64,000 nucleotides of DNA from an uncultured Planctomycetota bacterium (GCA_963823665.1 CAWGMQ010000008.1:576001-640000), one strand, 5' to 3'. Shown: positions 1 to 11,888, counted from the stretch's first letter. Numbers and translations are program-made. The notes: a model not told the origin generated them from the sequence alone.

Positions 1-1
1 G

Positions 2-3000
2 ACGCTCGCCGTCTTCCAGCGCAACCTCACCACCAATGTTCTGACATGGATCCAGACGCTACAAGACGGGATCAACGGTGCGCGCGGCCTGACCGGCGCG
101 GATGATGTGGAGGTTTCGGGTGACGGACAATACGTGTACGTCACCAGCGCTCAACAGAGCACACTGGCCGTCTACGGAATCCAGCCCGACGGCACGCTCG
201 CGCTGGACCAAGTTCTGAGCGGGCAGCTCGGATTGGGCCAGCCCGCGGGATTGGCCGTGGACCCGACGAGCGGCCAGGTCTACGTCGCCTCGCAGGTGGC
301 GCTCGGCTCGAGTGGCGGCGGTCTTGCGTCCTTCACGCAGCAAGCGTCCCCGCAGGCGATCCCCTTGTCTGTCAGCTTCAGCAACATCCAAACCCTCAAC
401 GTTCAGGTGGGACCTGGCGACAACACGATTGCCGAGACCAACCATGCCGCCGCGGCAACGCTCAACATCAGCACCGGCGACGGCGATAACACAATCGATC
501 TGCTAGACATCGGCTGCACGACCACCGGGACCACCGGGACCGGGTCGAACCAGGTGACGGCGCATCCCGGCGCGGCCGACACGGCGCGACGTTGACAATC
601 AATGATCACGGCAACGATTTCGTCGAGCTCGATGCGGCTCAGCCGAGCGATGTGATCAACATCAACCTGGGCAACGGCAACAGCACCGCCCAGATCGAGG
701 GGACGTCACTCTTCTCAGCAAAGATCGTCAACGTCACGGGCGGTTCGGGGTTCGACACGCTGCTCTTCGATGCCCAGGGCAATCCGATCGTGGCTTATCA
801 GCCCAACTTAGCCACCAGGATCGCCGATGGTATCCCAGCAGTCCCCGCCGGCGGGATCCAGGTCGCGGGCTACAACGTAGTGGCTTATACGGGCATCGAC
901 TTGATCCCTGGTTTCACAGGTGCGACAGCCTCTGCCGGCGGTCCGTACACGATTAGCGAGGGCAAAGGCCTCACGCTGGCGGGCTGGGCCACGCCAGCCA
1001 CCGGCTCGACCATATTGAGCGCTGCGTGGGACGTCACCGGCAGCGGCGACTTCAGCGCCGCCTTCACCTTGATGCCCCCCACGATAAGCTGGGCCCAGCT
1101 CGTCGCGCTCGGATTGAACAATCCGGGCACGTACCCGATTGCCTTGCGGGTCTACAGCAATTCAACCACGGTGACTGCCTACACCACGCTCACCATCAAC
1201 GCGGCAGCCCCGACGTTGACCGTGAGCGCACCGAGCTCCGCGACGGCCGGGCTACCCTACACGATCACCTTCTCGGGCCAGGAAGTACCGGGGGTGAGTT
1301 ATTCGATCACCGGCTGGACGATCAACTGGGGCGATGGCACGACATCCACCTTACCCGCCGATGCCAATTCGGCCAGCCACACGTACGCGACGCCGGGGAA
1401 CGATACCCTCTCGGTCTCCGCCATCGATCCTTACTTCCCCGCCCCCGGCGCGACATACACACCACCGGCGACAGTCAACGTGGGTGCGGATTCGATCAGC
1501 GCCGGCGGGCCCTACACGATCGACGCCGGCCAGAGCCTCGTTCTGACGGCCAGCGCCCCCGGCTCGCCGACATTCACGTGGAACCTGAACGGCTCGACGA
1601 TCAGCTCGTCGGCCAACCAACTGACTCTTCACTGGGAACAGCTTCAGGCACTGGGGATCGACGAGGGGACCTACGGCAATGTGAGCGTCACGGCGACATA
1701 CAGCGACGGCGTCATGGCGACTTCGTTGCCGACCACCTTGACGGTCGACCCAACCGCGCCTACCGCGACGTTCACCGCAACCGCCGCAGTGCTCGGCGGG
1801 ACGAGCCCCACCGTCTCGTTCATGGACCCGTTCGACCCATCCACGGCCGAGACAAGACTCGGATTTACCTACAGCTTCAGTTTCCCCGACGGCTCCAGCA
1901 TCGTCGACAGCTCGAATCCCAGAGCGACTGTGCCGGCCGATCTTCTGGCCCAACCCGGCTCGTTCGTCGTCGACGGACAGATCTCGGACCAGGACCAACT
2001 GTCCACCGACTACCAGGCCACGGTCGTCGTGGCTGACGTAGCGCCGACGGTTTCGGGCGAGCTGAACCAGACCATCGCCGCCGGCACGCCCTTCTCGCTC
2101 AGCGGCGTCACCTTCAGTGATCCGGGCTACAGCACGCCGGCCTCGAGCTGGGATTACTCAGCAACGATCGCCTGGGGCGACGGCGCGACCAGTCCCGCGG
2201 TGCTGTCGGTGACCCAGGGTTCCGTGGGTGTGCTCACCACGGGCACGGTTTCGGGGAGCCACCTGTATCAGCCGGGCCAGACCTACACCGTGACCGTCAC
2301 AGTTCTCGACCAGGACGGCACGCAGGGTTCAGCCTCGTTCCAGGTGACGGTCGCCGCGGCGGCCGTGACTGTCGCCGCCGGGCCGGACCAGAGCGTCGCC
2401 GTCCGGTCGATGTTCAGCCTTTCCCAGACCACGTTCACCGACAACGAGGCGCCCGACGCCGCCACAGCGACCATCAACTGGGGCGACGGCTCGGCGGTCC
2501 AGACCGTTCCGGCTTCGAGTCTGATCGAGCCGGCGACGGCCGGCGAGCCCGGTACTGTCGCCGGCAGCCATATTTACGGCGTTCCCGGCACATACACGGT
2601 GACCGTCGCCGTTACCGATAGCTTCCAGGCATCCGCCAGCGGTACCTTCCAGGTGGACGTCACCGACGTGGCGCCGACCGTCATGGCCGGGTCCAACCTC
2701 GGCCAGTCGCCGGGCGTTCCCGTTTCGCTCGATGCAACCTTCCTCGACCCGGCATTCCCGTCGGACAACCTCGGTCTGACTTACTCAGCCACCATCTCAT
2801 GGGGCGATGGCATCACGACGCCAGGCACGGTCATGGTCACACCCGGCGGCCCCGGCGTTCCGACCACGGGCATTGTTTCCGGTACCCACACCTACGCCGT
2901 CCACGGCAATGACACAGTGACCGTGACGGTCGCCGACAGCCTCGGCGGGCAAGGCAGCGGCACGCTGAGCGTCCAGGACATCCCGCCGTCGGTCGCCGCC

Positions 3001-5202
3001 GGTTCCAATCAGACCGTCAACCAGGGCAGCCCCGTCGTGGTCGCCGCGACCTTCAACGACCCGGGCTATGAGGCCGGCGCGACGGCCGCGAGTTACCCCG
3101 CCACGATCGATTGGGGCGACGGCACGATCTCGACAGGCGCCGTCACCATCACACCCGGCGGCCCCGGCGTTCCGACCACGGGAACCATCTCCGGCAGCCA
3201 CATCTACGGTGACCAAGGCGTCTACCCGGTGACCATCTCGGTCGCCGACGACGGCGGTGGAGTCGGTCAGGGCTCGTTGAGTGCGACCGTCAAGGACGTT
3301 GGTCCCACCCTGGCTCGGCTTGCCAACATGCTCTACGTTCACGGTCAGCCGGTCAACTTGCACGAGACCTTCACCGAGCCGGGCATCGCCGACGTCGATA
3401 CCGTCCTGGTCAACTGGGGAGATGGCGACATCAGCAATTTCGACGGCGATTCCATGTATACGAACGCGAGCGGTGTCTTGGTCCCCTTCATCACCGAGCC
3501 GACGGCGTCCAACCCGGTCGGCAGCATTGCCCTGAGCCACATCTACCAAGGCGACGGTCCTTACACCGCCACGATCACGATCACCGACAAGGACGGCCTC
3601 ACGGATACCGTTTCTGCCGTCTACCAGGCCGCACTTGGAGTGACATCGATCACCGACATCGCACCCGACCCACGCAACACACCGGTCTCGTCGATCACCG
3701 TCACGTTCAACGAGCCGATCACGCAGAGTACCCTCACCGCGGCAGCTCTCACCCTGACCGACAACGGGTCGAACGTTCCCATCCCCGCGAGCCCGCCGCT
3801 GGGCGTGACCCAGACGGGGACCGACACCTACCAGATCTCCGGCCTCGATTCCGAGACCGCCGCGGCAGGCAATTACGTCCTGACCGTCAACGGCACGAAC
3901 ATCGATGACCTGGCCGGCAACAGCGGCACGGGAACCGCATCAACCTCATGGTTGATGGACACAACACCCCCCACAAGCATGGTCAGTTTTCTCCACCCGC
4001 GCGGCACCAGCCTTACATTCCCAGTCTCGGTGACGGGCACCGACGGCGGCTCACCCCCGTCGGGCCTGGCATCTTTCGACATCTATTCGAGCACCAACAC
4101 CGGACCATGGACACTCTGGACGACCGTCCCGGCCTCGAGCCCAACGGCCAACTTCACCGGCCAGAGCAACACGACCTATGCCTTTTACAGCACGGCGACA
4201 GACAACGCCGGCAATACCCAGGCTTACAAACCGCAAATCGAGGCCAGCACTTACGTACCCGACCTCACCCCGCCCGTCACCCAGGTTGACAACACGACCG
4301 GCACCAACCCGAGCACGGTGAGTACCACCACGGGCACGTTCACGCTCAACCTGACCGGCACGGATCAGGGCGGCAGCAACCTCGCGTACTTCAACGTCTT
4401 CGTCTCAGTGGATTCCGGCGCATATCAGTTGGCAGCACCGCCCTTACCCGCCGGACCCGCAGACGCCTCCGGCAATGTCCACGCAATAATCCCCTACCAA
4501 GGCCTCACCGACGGCGTCCAGCACACCTACGCCTTCTACAGCATCGGCATCGACGGTGCCGGCAACACCCAGTCCGCCCCCACGACCCCCAACCTCACGC
4601 TCACAGAAACCTTCGCAACCGCCACTCCATCCCAGCTCCAAACCACAAGCTTGATTGTCGAAGACGGCGCCGTCGAGCGCTCCTATGTCCGCTACCTGCA
4701 AGTCGATTTCAACGAATCCGACACCCAGTCCGGCGGCGAGCTCACCCAGATCGTCAACTCCCTCAAGACCGCATCACCCGAGATCCAGCTCTACCAGTAC
4801 GACCTGAACGACGACGCCTCGAGCAAGACCGCCGTTTCTCTCTCAGGGGTGACCGGCTCGGTCATCGACCATGCGATCGAGCTCGACTTCGGCGCAAACG
4901 GCCTGGGCGGCAGCCCCAACACGACGACGGCTGACGGCTACTACGAGCTCGATATCAAGCTTCCGAGTGGAGCGGTGGCCGTTCATCACTTCTACCGGTT
5001 GCTGGGTGACGTGACCGGCGATGGAACGGTGGACGAGAACGACCTGAATGAAATCGCCGCCGAAATCAATCTGTCGAATGCAGCGGGGTTCGCGCCGCTC
5101 GGCGCAGACGTCAACGGCGACGGCACGGTATCAGCGCTCGACCTGACGCTGGCGACCCGGGCGAAGGGGCACAAGCTGAAGGGGGGGCTTTCGCTGGGAT
5201 GA
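2..5202 (+). CDS. Large secreted/surface protein, 5'-partial: beta-propeller (lactonase-like) repeats, PKD/Ig-like repeats, C-terminal dockerin-like EF-hand pair; apparent frameshift near 585
   Basis: Frame is open from base 2 through ORF 107..595 (VSGDGQYVYV propeller blade) and continues in ORF 592..5202. Six WGDG PKD motifs, SAGGPYTI repeats, and C-terminal GDVTGDGTVDEND / ADVNGDGTVSALD. Adding one G near 586 restores DTGATLTIND. Confidence 0.85.
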
Positions 5203-5226
5203 GTGATGGCGGGCGGCGGCTCGATT

Positions 5227-5345
5227 CGCTCACTCTCCGCCCACGAAGTCTTCGCGCTTTGCGTCCCAATGGATAACGCGCTCGGCCGCTGCATGGAGTT
5301 GAAGAGCATTCACCGCTCGAATCAACTCGACGCCGTTCGGATTGG
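5227..5345 (-). pseudogene. Internally deleted relic of a paralogue of the 6305..7623 gene
   Basis: 5227-5298 aligns to 6302-6373 and 5299-5345 aligns to 6902-6948. It reads NPNGVELIRAVNALQ|LHAAAERVIHWDAKREDFVGGE*, with an in-frame stop upstream and no start codon. Confidence 0.8.
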
Positions 5346-5421
5346 TTCCGAGGCACCATACTCAATTGGATTGGTGTCCCGGGAACCGCAGAAGCCCCGT
5401 GGTGGGCCATTGCGGCAGCGT

Positions 5422-5868
5422 TCAATAAACCAACACCACTTCCGCTTTTGGCCCGTCATATACGAATTGACAATATGCCAACATGTCCCGCCCGATCAGT
5501 GCAAGGATACCCGGGTCCGCTGGGACCACCGCTACCGCTTGTATCGCCACCCACTGGGTCGAAGTTCTTGACCCGTCATGTCCGGCGAACGCCAATCTAA
5601 CGTCGTGAAGGTCGACCGTACGGAACACTGCGTGGGAGCCCGGTCGTCGAAGGCGAATCGTCCCACTCGCGGGCGACTTGATTGATGAAAGAACGTGAGG
5701 GTGGATAGCGGTGCGGTCGGCGCCGGTGTCGATCAGGGCCCGCAGAGTCTGGAGCGCTGGTATCGCTCGGCTCCTCCGTTGCAGGCCAGCCACGGCTGTC
5801 GGTCCAATCCATATCGAGAGGTCAACTACCGGTCCGTCGAATCCGATTGCAATTCGTATTAACGGCAT
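5422..5868 (-). CDS. Retropepsin-like (clan AA) aspartyl protease
   Basis: ALIDTGADRTAI catalytic motif and C-terminal LIGRDML motif; 148 aa single domain; the start overlaps the stop of the upstream gene. Confidence 0.85.
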   Translation of the reverse strand: MPLIRIAIGFDGPVVDLSIWIGPTAVAGLQRRSRAIPALQTLRALIDTGADRTAIHPHVLSSIKSPASGTIRLRRPGSHAVFRTVDLHDVRLAFAGHDGSRTSTQWVAIQAVAVVPADPGILALIGRDMLAYCQFVYDGPKAEVVLVY

Positions 5869-6140
5869 CAGAGCACTATGTTCGATATATGGTACACAGG
5901 TTCCGCCGCCTCAACCTGTTTGACGAATAACGGAACAACGCCGAAACGGTCGTAACCCGCCGCGAGGGCCTGATCGCGAGTCTCATAGAACCCGACGACG
6001 ATGTCCCGCTTGATCAAGACGTGTTTGTGTTCATGCTCTTTTAACCAACGAGAAAGGTGTTTGTCGTACACTGCCTGTTCACGCTTCAGGGACGTGTTCC
6101 GAGGCCGGCGTTCCGAACGCGGTTTCGTTTTTCCTGCCAC
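5868..6140 (-). CDS. Small DUF5678-like protein coupled to the aspartyl protease
   Basis: GTG at 6140 with GGAGGA RBS; EQAVYDKHLSRWLKEHEHKHVLIKRDIVVGFYETRDQALAAGYDRFG..PLFVKQV resembles the DUF5678 pattern; TGATG coupling to the protease. Confidence 0.65.
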   Translation of the reverse strand: MAGKTKPRSERRPRNTSLKREQAVYDKHLSRWLKEHEHKHVLIKRDIVVGFYETRDQALAAGYDRFGVVPLFVKQVEAAEPVYHISNIVL

Positions 6141-6304
6141 ACCAAGTCCTCCCATCATTACTAGCCCGCCGAGACACCAAATCCACGATAACCTATCGTG
6201 CCGAGTCGTGCGAGAAACCGAATCGATTTGCAAGAAATTCACTCCGAAGACGGGAGATCGCAGACCACCCAGGCATTCGGGATGTACACGCCCGCTCTGT
6301 GCGT

Positions 6305-7623
6305 TCATTCTCGGCCGACGAACTCTTCACGCTTTGCGTCCCAATGGATACCGCGGGCGGCCGCTGCATGGAGACGAGCCCTCCACTGATCATCGCCGAC
6401 GGCTGCGCCTGCGCGAGCCGGCTCAAGCATTCCCTTTACCATGGCGAGCGCCTGCGACCGGATTGCTGTCGCCGCCTGAGCACGAGAGAAATCGTCGAGG
6501 GCCTTGAATCGGCGGCTGCCCAGAATCGCCTCGGCCGCCGCCAATGGATTCGCGGTTGGGACAACCTTCGCGTCGCGGACAACGCCATGGAGTCGCGCCC
6601 AGCGAATGTGGGACGAAGGCTGTTCGGGGTTTCCTCCCATACCGATCTGATGGCCGACCATGAATGGAGCGTCTCCGGAGACTGCCATTGGATTCAAGGG
6701 CCAGTGCATCGCCTCCGCGGACTGGCGATCGACAAGGAACACACCGATCATCGGAGGCGGAATTCGCTCGTCGAGGCGAATCGGCTCGAAGAGAAGGCGG
6801 ATGATCCAGAAGACGATCTCCTGATCGTGGAAGTACTCGAAGCTCCGAGTCAACTTGGCATACTCGTCCAGGATGGCAAGAGCGCGATCCTTGCCGAGCG
6901 GATGAAGTGCGTTGACCGCTCGAATCAAGTCGACGCCGTTCGGATTGGAGAACGGCCAGCGACTGGCACGGTTGATGAGCTCCAATTCGTGTGACAAGGG
7001 CTGCGCCGCGGGAACGGAGAGCGGCTTGACGGTTGCGGGAATGGCCTGCGCTCGGGAGGTCCAGTCGACGACGTGACTTGTCTTGCTGTTGATCGTGTGC
7101 TTTGCCAGAGCGACGCCGACCTGAAGGGATTGAACATGGAGGCGTTCCTGCTTTGTCTTCCGTAGATCGAAACACACGTGAAATTGCCCAGATGGGCTTG
7201 TCACGGCTGTCTCGTGCAAGGTGTCTGTTTGGTTCATTCCCTTCGACCAATCCGGCTTGGCGTCGGGCGTCGTTCCGAGGTAAACCGTTACCCCTTGAAA
7301 CCAGGTGATGGGCTTCGTTCGCATCTGCCGGTCGTCAGGCATTTTCAATTGACCGCGAATGGTGCAGAAATTGCCGAGCGCATCGAGTTTGGGTTCTTGC
7401 CATTCGACGCTGAGCGCGCTGAACGCTTGCGCGTCGGGTCGATCGCTGTATTCCTTGATGTCTCTGTAAGCGCTGGATGCGCTCCATTCCTGGGGTGTCC
7501 AGTGTCCCGACGACGCGCCCAATGAAGCTTGGACCTCGTCGTCGTCTGGCGGTTGCGCGTTGCGCGCGGAAAAATGACCGTGAGTAGCAGCGCCGCGCAA
7601 CCAGTCGTGAGCACACGAGGCAT
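6305..7623 (-). CDS. Secreted hypothetical protein (frameshift near 7565)
   Basis: ORF 6305..7600 plus a signal-peptide-like start MPRVLTTGCAALLLTVIF at 7623 in another frame, immediately after the HEAT gene stop. Confidence 0.65.
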
Positions 7624-7624
7624 G

Positions 7625-9788
7625 TCAGTTGCCACCCTTTCCATCGGGCTGTCGAAGTTGTCGCAGGGCTTCCCTCGCATGCGACCGGAGTATCCAATCC
7701 GACGAACCGGCGGTCGCCCGCAATGCCGCGAGGGCTTCCTCTGTGGCGATGGCTTGAAGCGCCTTGATCGCCGTTTCCGGATCGTTTGGGGGCGATTGTC
7801 GAAGCTCAGCCAGTGCATAGCGTGTGAACCGCGCGTCCGAGCGGTTCAACTCGGTGATTGTTTCCAGCGCGTTGTGGCAGTCGTAGGGTTCGTTCGATGC
7901 GAGCGCCAACTCCAACTGTTTTTCGAGGTCAATCGGGTTGCCGGCAACCAGGAAGATCGCTTTCGCGGCCTTGAGTCGAATCAGGGGCGATTCGTCATTG
8001 AGCAGCTTCTCAAGTGACGCGATCGTGCTGGAAGCCTTCTCGCGGAAGGATCCAATCGCATTCAGGGCATCGTGCCGCGTCCAGTAATCCTTGCTCTCCA
8101 GTTGGGCGACGAGAAATGGCAGGACAACATCGTCCCCGTGCTTCAAGCCGGTTAGTGCTTCCACGGCATGCCGGTTGCTGAAGACTTCATCGCGCGCCGC
8201 ATCAATGACCAGGCGTGCAATCCGGCTCGGTTCATTCGATGTGATGCATAAGGCGTTCGCGCACGCTGCAGCCGCCCACCGATCCTCGTCGCGCAGGCCG
8301 CCTTCAAGGATCGCTTGTGTTGTCTCGGAACGAATGCAAAGACGTCCAGTCGCATCAGCAAACTGTTGCAGCGAAATCGCCCGGCGACGCAACGCTGAGA
8401 TGAGAACAGGCGTGACGTCCACACCGACTACTGGTCCGATGGCGGCGAGAGTGACGATCGCTTTCTGCGACAGCACGGCATCCGGGCCCTGTGCGATCTG
8501 GATGAGCACGTTTTTCAGCGGCAGAGCGCCTGGACCGACGTCAGACAACACGTTCAGGGCCGTCTCGCGTACGTTGCGATCGGAATGCCGCAACAGCACC
8601 TCGATCGGGCGACAATCATCAGCGGAAATCTCGTGCCAGCCGATTGAACGAGAACCAGGACAACGGACTGTCTGCAGCGATTGCGAGCTTCTCGACGAGA
8701 TTCAGAAACCGCGGCATGTCGTGAGTCACGGCCCACACCGCTGCCGCGCAATTCTCCCCCGCCGCGAACAGCCGACCTGAATTGTCGAATGGCGAGCGCG
8801 AGTTCGACTTGCCGTTCCGTTTCCGCGTCACATACTCCTTGATCGACTTATCCGCAGCGACTTCGAGCGCAGCGGACGCCTGTTTGCCGTCGGGTCCGAG
8901 CAGTGCCAGGCATTTAGCCGTAACGATTCGGATTTTCACGTTCGCGTCCATGAGGCTGTCGCACACCTGCGGAATGTCTAGAACGGAGGGTGGGCCGATG
9001 TGCTCGAGAGCCTGCTCCAAATCGGCTTTGATGAGCGCTGGCACGGCGCCCTGGGCTGCGATGCCGTGAGCCGACAGCGCGAGGCCGGCGTCGGCGCTCA
9101 GGTGCTTGCAAGAGACCGCGTGTGTCAATCTGGGAATCGCGATCTGCGCGTCGGCGCGGTTGGATTTGAGCGCACGCGCTGCTTCGACGGCCACGGCGAG
9201 ATCAGGGTCCAGGAGCATCTCCGCCAGTCGCGGCACGCTCGGTATACCGAGGCCGGTCAGGGCGTCCACCGCGGCCGCTCGAACGCGCGGATCGGAGTCA
9301 TTGGAAAGTCGGGCTGCGCTGTCGAGATCGAGTCGCTTCAAGCGTGCGAGCGCCTGCGTCGCGGCTGCCCGCGTTCTTGCAGCCGGGGAGCTGAGCATTT
9401 CCCGTAGTCGGACCACGGCGTCCTCTCCGATCGCGACCAGCGCGTCGACTGCGGCGACACGGGTTGCGTGATCGGGATCACTCAGTTTCTTGCACATGGC
9501 CGCGATCGCGGGGCTGGCCTTTGATTTCAACGCCGCCAGGGAGCGAATGGCCAATTCGGATTCCTGATGGTCGCCGCCTTCGACGACCGCGATCAAGGCG
9601 AGAATGTGATCCGAAGCATCGGCCTCGAGTTTTGATCCGGAGGTGACCGCGTGGCGTATTCGTTCGACGCGAGCGCGAGCGTTTTGTGTTTTCGACTCCG
9701 ATTCAACGGGTATCTGGGCGACCGCAGCGTCGAATGAAACGGAGCTAATGATTGTGGCTAGAAGGATCGGCTGGATGGATTGGAACAT
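7625..9788 (-). CDS. HEAT-repeat (PBS lyase-like) protein, secreted; split near 8620-8650
   Basis: ORFs 8619..9824 and 7625..8599 both carry repeated (L/N)xDxDxxVRxxA motifs; signal peptide MFQSIQPILLATIISSVSFDAAVA from the ATG at 9788. Confidence 0.8.
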
Positions 9789-9917
9789 GATCTCGTCCTC
9801 TCGGCGGTGGCATGCTGTCCGCAAGAGTTACCTTGACGAATCGGGCGCGCAACGGATTTTCCGATCCTACCACGGCCGGCGAATTTTGGCGTCGCTACGA
9901 AATTGCGACCGCCCTCA

Positions 9918-9988
9918 AGGATCGGGCTTACGACCGAGGTTGGAGGACTTGCGTCCCGTTTGAACCACGCAGTGACGGGCGTGGTCAC
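9918..9988. repeat. 71-nt direct repeat copy A (REP-like, terminal hairpin)
   Basis: 65/71 identical to 12501-12571; ends in the imperfect palindrome aaccacgc-agtgacgg-gcgtggtc. Confidence 0.9.
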
Positions 9989-10022
9989 ATGTTCTGGCTC
10001 GCGGCGTGAATTGACGCGCAAA

Positions 10023-10072
10023 CGCGGCCGGCGGCGGCGGAAGGTGAAACTCCTCCGTGGCGGCCGGCCGCG
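10023..10072 (-). terminator. Long GC hairpin 30 nt downstream of the Ro60 stop, possible terminator
   Basis: cgcggccggc...gccggccgcg 10-bp inverted repeat with further inner pairing; only TTT follows on the minus strand. Confidence 0.4.
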
Positions 10073-10101
10073 GGTTAATCGTGGTGTCTGGGATAGGAAA
10101 C

Positions 10102-11793
10102 TCACGCTCGAATGAAATCTGCCAGCACAGCCGGCAGTGCCGTATCGAAACCGACGCAGTCGATCATTCCCGCGTCGCGCGGATCGGCGATCGAGAAGCC
10201 GTTCGATTCAAATGCGACCACTGCAGACTTAGCCGGGATGTTCATCTTTTGACGATACTGAACGAGCGCCTGGCTGGGATGAACCGGGCCGGCCCACGTC
10301 TCGGAATCGGTGTAGACCTGGAACGCGTCAATCTCCACCTTGTTCTTGAGCGCCCACCGCATCGGGATCGAGCAGTCGGTTCCGCCGAACGGAAGGTTAC
10401 CGGTCTTTTCAAGGACATCGGTCAGCCGGGAGCAGCTCGCAATGTCGAGCGGAGTCAACTCCGGATCGCCACCGCCGTGCATCCCGCCGAAGGAACCCCA
10501 TGCCGATCGGCCGCCGACTGCCGTGAACGCCACGATCGTGTGGTTCTGCTCCGTCCTGGCCGTCACGAGCGCGAGGCACGCGGCGGCCTCGCGGTTCGTG
10601 ATCGACGTGCCGGAGATGGTCGACGTCATCGAGCCCGATACATCGAGCGCCAGCATGATCCGCTTGCTGGTCGGCTCGACATTGTCGAACGCGATGTAGA
10701 ACGCCGCGTCAAGCGCGTCGTTGATCCGGCTCACCGGCTGCCACGACAGCTTGCCCTTGTCGCCATGACCGGATCCGTAAGTCTTGGCTGCAACCAGGAT
10801 GGCCAGCGGGTGCAGCCGGCTCTTGCGGATGTACTCGCGATCGGCCAGCTTGTCGCAGACAGCCTTGGTGTGGCCGGAGCCCGGCTTGAGGAGGCCGATG
10901 CTCGTCATCTTGCCGAGATTGCGAACCATCGCCGTCAGCGGCATCTTGACAAGGAGCGCAGCCCAGATCTCGATGTCGTTGAGTGCCTCCGTTGGAACAC
11001 ATTCTCGCGGCAGGTCGTGCTGGATAATCAGCTTCGCCAGCCGATTGCGTTGACAGTGCTTGGCCTCATCCGCGGCTCGGAGAAACGCCGGCAGCTCGCG
11101 GGCTGGGAGAGCGGCGTAGGCCGATTCCTGCTCGCCGCGCTTGACCACGCGGTCGCCAAGCTCACCGTCCGCGGTGATCCAGCGGGCGATTGCTGCGTGG
11201 GCGCCAGCATCGTCAAACTGCGGGTGCGCCATGCGCAGCACGTCACGGTGAGACATCCCATCGCGCTGCCGGTACTTCGCCACCTGGTACGCGAGCGCAT
11301 CGGCAGTCTTGCCGGCGTACCACCGGCTGACTGCACGGCGCAGCCCGGCGCCCCAGCCGCGGAAGCCTTTCACGGCCTCGACGAACTGGAAGAGATGCGT
11401 GCCGATGCGGCAAACCTGCGGCAACGCGGCTTCGGCCAGCCGGCGAGCGACTGGGTTCTTGTGGGCTGCGGCGATTGCCAGGGCGAAGACGGCCGGATCG
11501 TTCTTGGGCGCGCGGCCGGAATCGCTGATCGCGACGATCAGGTTCACAGCGCGCGCAGCATCTTCGTTCAGGCAGTTCCGCACGCATGTGGCGTTCTCGA
11601 TGGTGAGCGTTTTCTCGGTCGCGTAGTACGATCCGCCTTCGTTGCCCAGGATCAAGAAGCGTTCGAGCCGCTTCCAGTCGTCGACGGCGAAGGAGAACCC
11701 GCCGCTCGAGTTCGGCACCATCGGGCTGCCGGGAATCGGCAAGCTCTGTGGAGTTGCTCGTGTCGAGAAGTGCTTTGCGTAAGTCTTGCCCAT
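10102..11793 (-). CDS. rsr: Ro60/TROVE domain RNA-binding protein (Rsr) with C-terminal vWA domain
   Basis: 563 aa, intact. N-terminal NSSGGFSF..DDWKRLERFLILGNEGGSYY, KYRQRDGMSHRDVLRMAHP, MPLTAMVRNLGKM, SRLHPLAIL; MIDAS DVSGSM, GGTD, TDSETW; GGAGG RBS. Confidence 0.97.
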   Translation of the reverse strand: MGKTYAKHFSTRATPQSLPIPGSPMVPNSSGGFSFAVDDWKRLERFLILGNEGGSYYATEKTLTIENATCVRNCLNEDAARAVNLIVAISDSGRAPKNDPAVFALAIAAAHKNPVARRLAEAALPQVCRIGTHLFQFVEAVKGFRGWGAGLRRAVSRWYAGKTADALAYQVAKYRQRDGMSHRDVLRMAHPQFDDAGAHAAIARWITADGELGDRVVKRGEQESAYAALPARELPAFLRAADEAKHCQRNRLAKLIIQHDLPRECVPTEALNDIEIWAALLVKMPLTAMVRNLGKMTSIGLLKPGSGHTKAVCDKLADREYIRKSRLHPLAILVAAKTYGSGHGDKGKLSWQPVSRINDALDAAFYIAFDNVEPTSKRIMLALDVSGSMTSTISGTSITNREAAACLALVTARTEQNHTIVAFTAVGGRSAWGSFGGMHGGGDPELTPLDIASCSRLTDVLEKTGNLPFGGTDCSIPMRWALKNKVEIDAFQVYTDSETWAGPVHPSQALVQYRQKMNIPAKSAVVAFESNGFSIADPRDAGMIDCVGFDTALPAVLADFIRA

Positions 11794-11816
11794 GGGATCC
11801 TCCCTTCGAGAGAAAA

Positions 11817-11886
11817 TCGCAAGGCAAGTTGGCTCATCAGGGGCTAATCATTACCAGTGATAACCCTGAAGAATTCGGCCTTGCGA
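11817..11886 (-). ncRNA. Minimal Y RNA-like hairpin (Ro-binding helix) in the rsr leader
   Basis: UCGCAAGGC-C-GA...CUU-GCCUUGCGA: 9-bp terminal stem, bulged C, then G-U and A-U pairs as in the Y RNA Ro site; upper stem UCAGGGUUAUCA/UGAUUAGCCCCUGA. Confidence 0.8.
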
Positions 11887-11888
11887 AG

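Noticed and set aside
10057..11847. 596-aa plus-strand ORF
   Set aside because: Antisense shadow of rsr in GC-rich DNA with no motifs. The same applies to 16302..17585, 35262..36530, 50233..51477 and 54415..55752.
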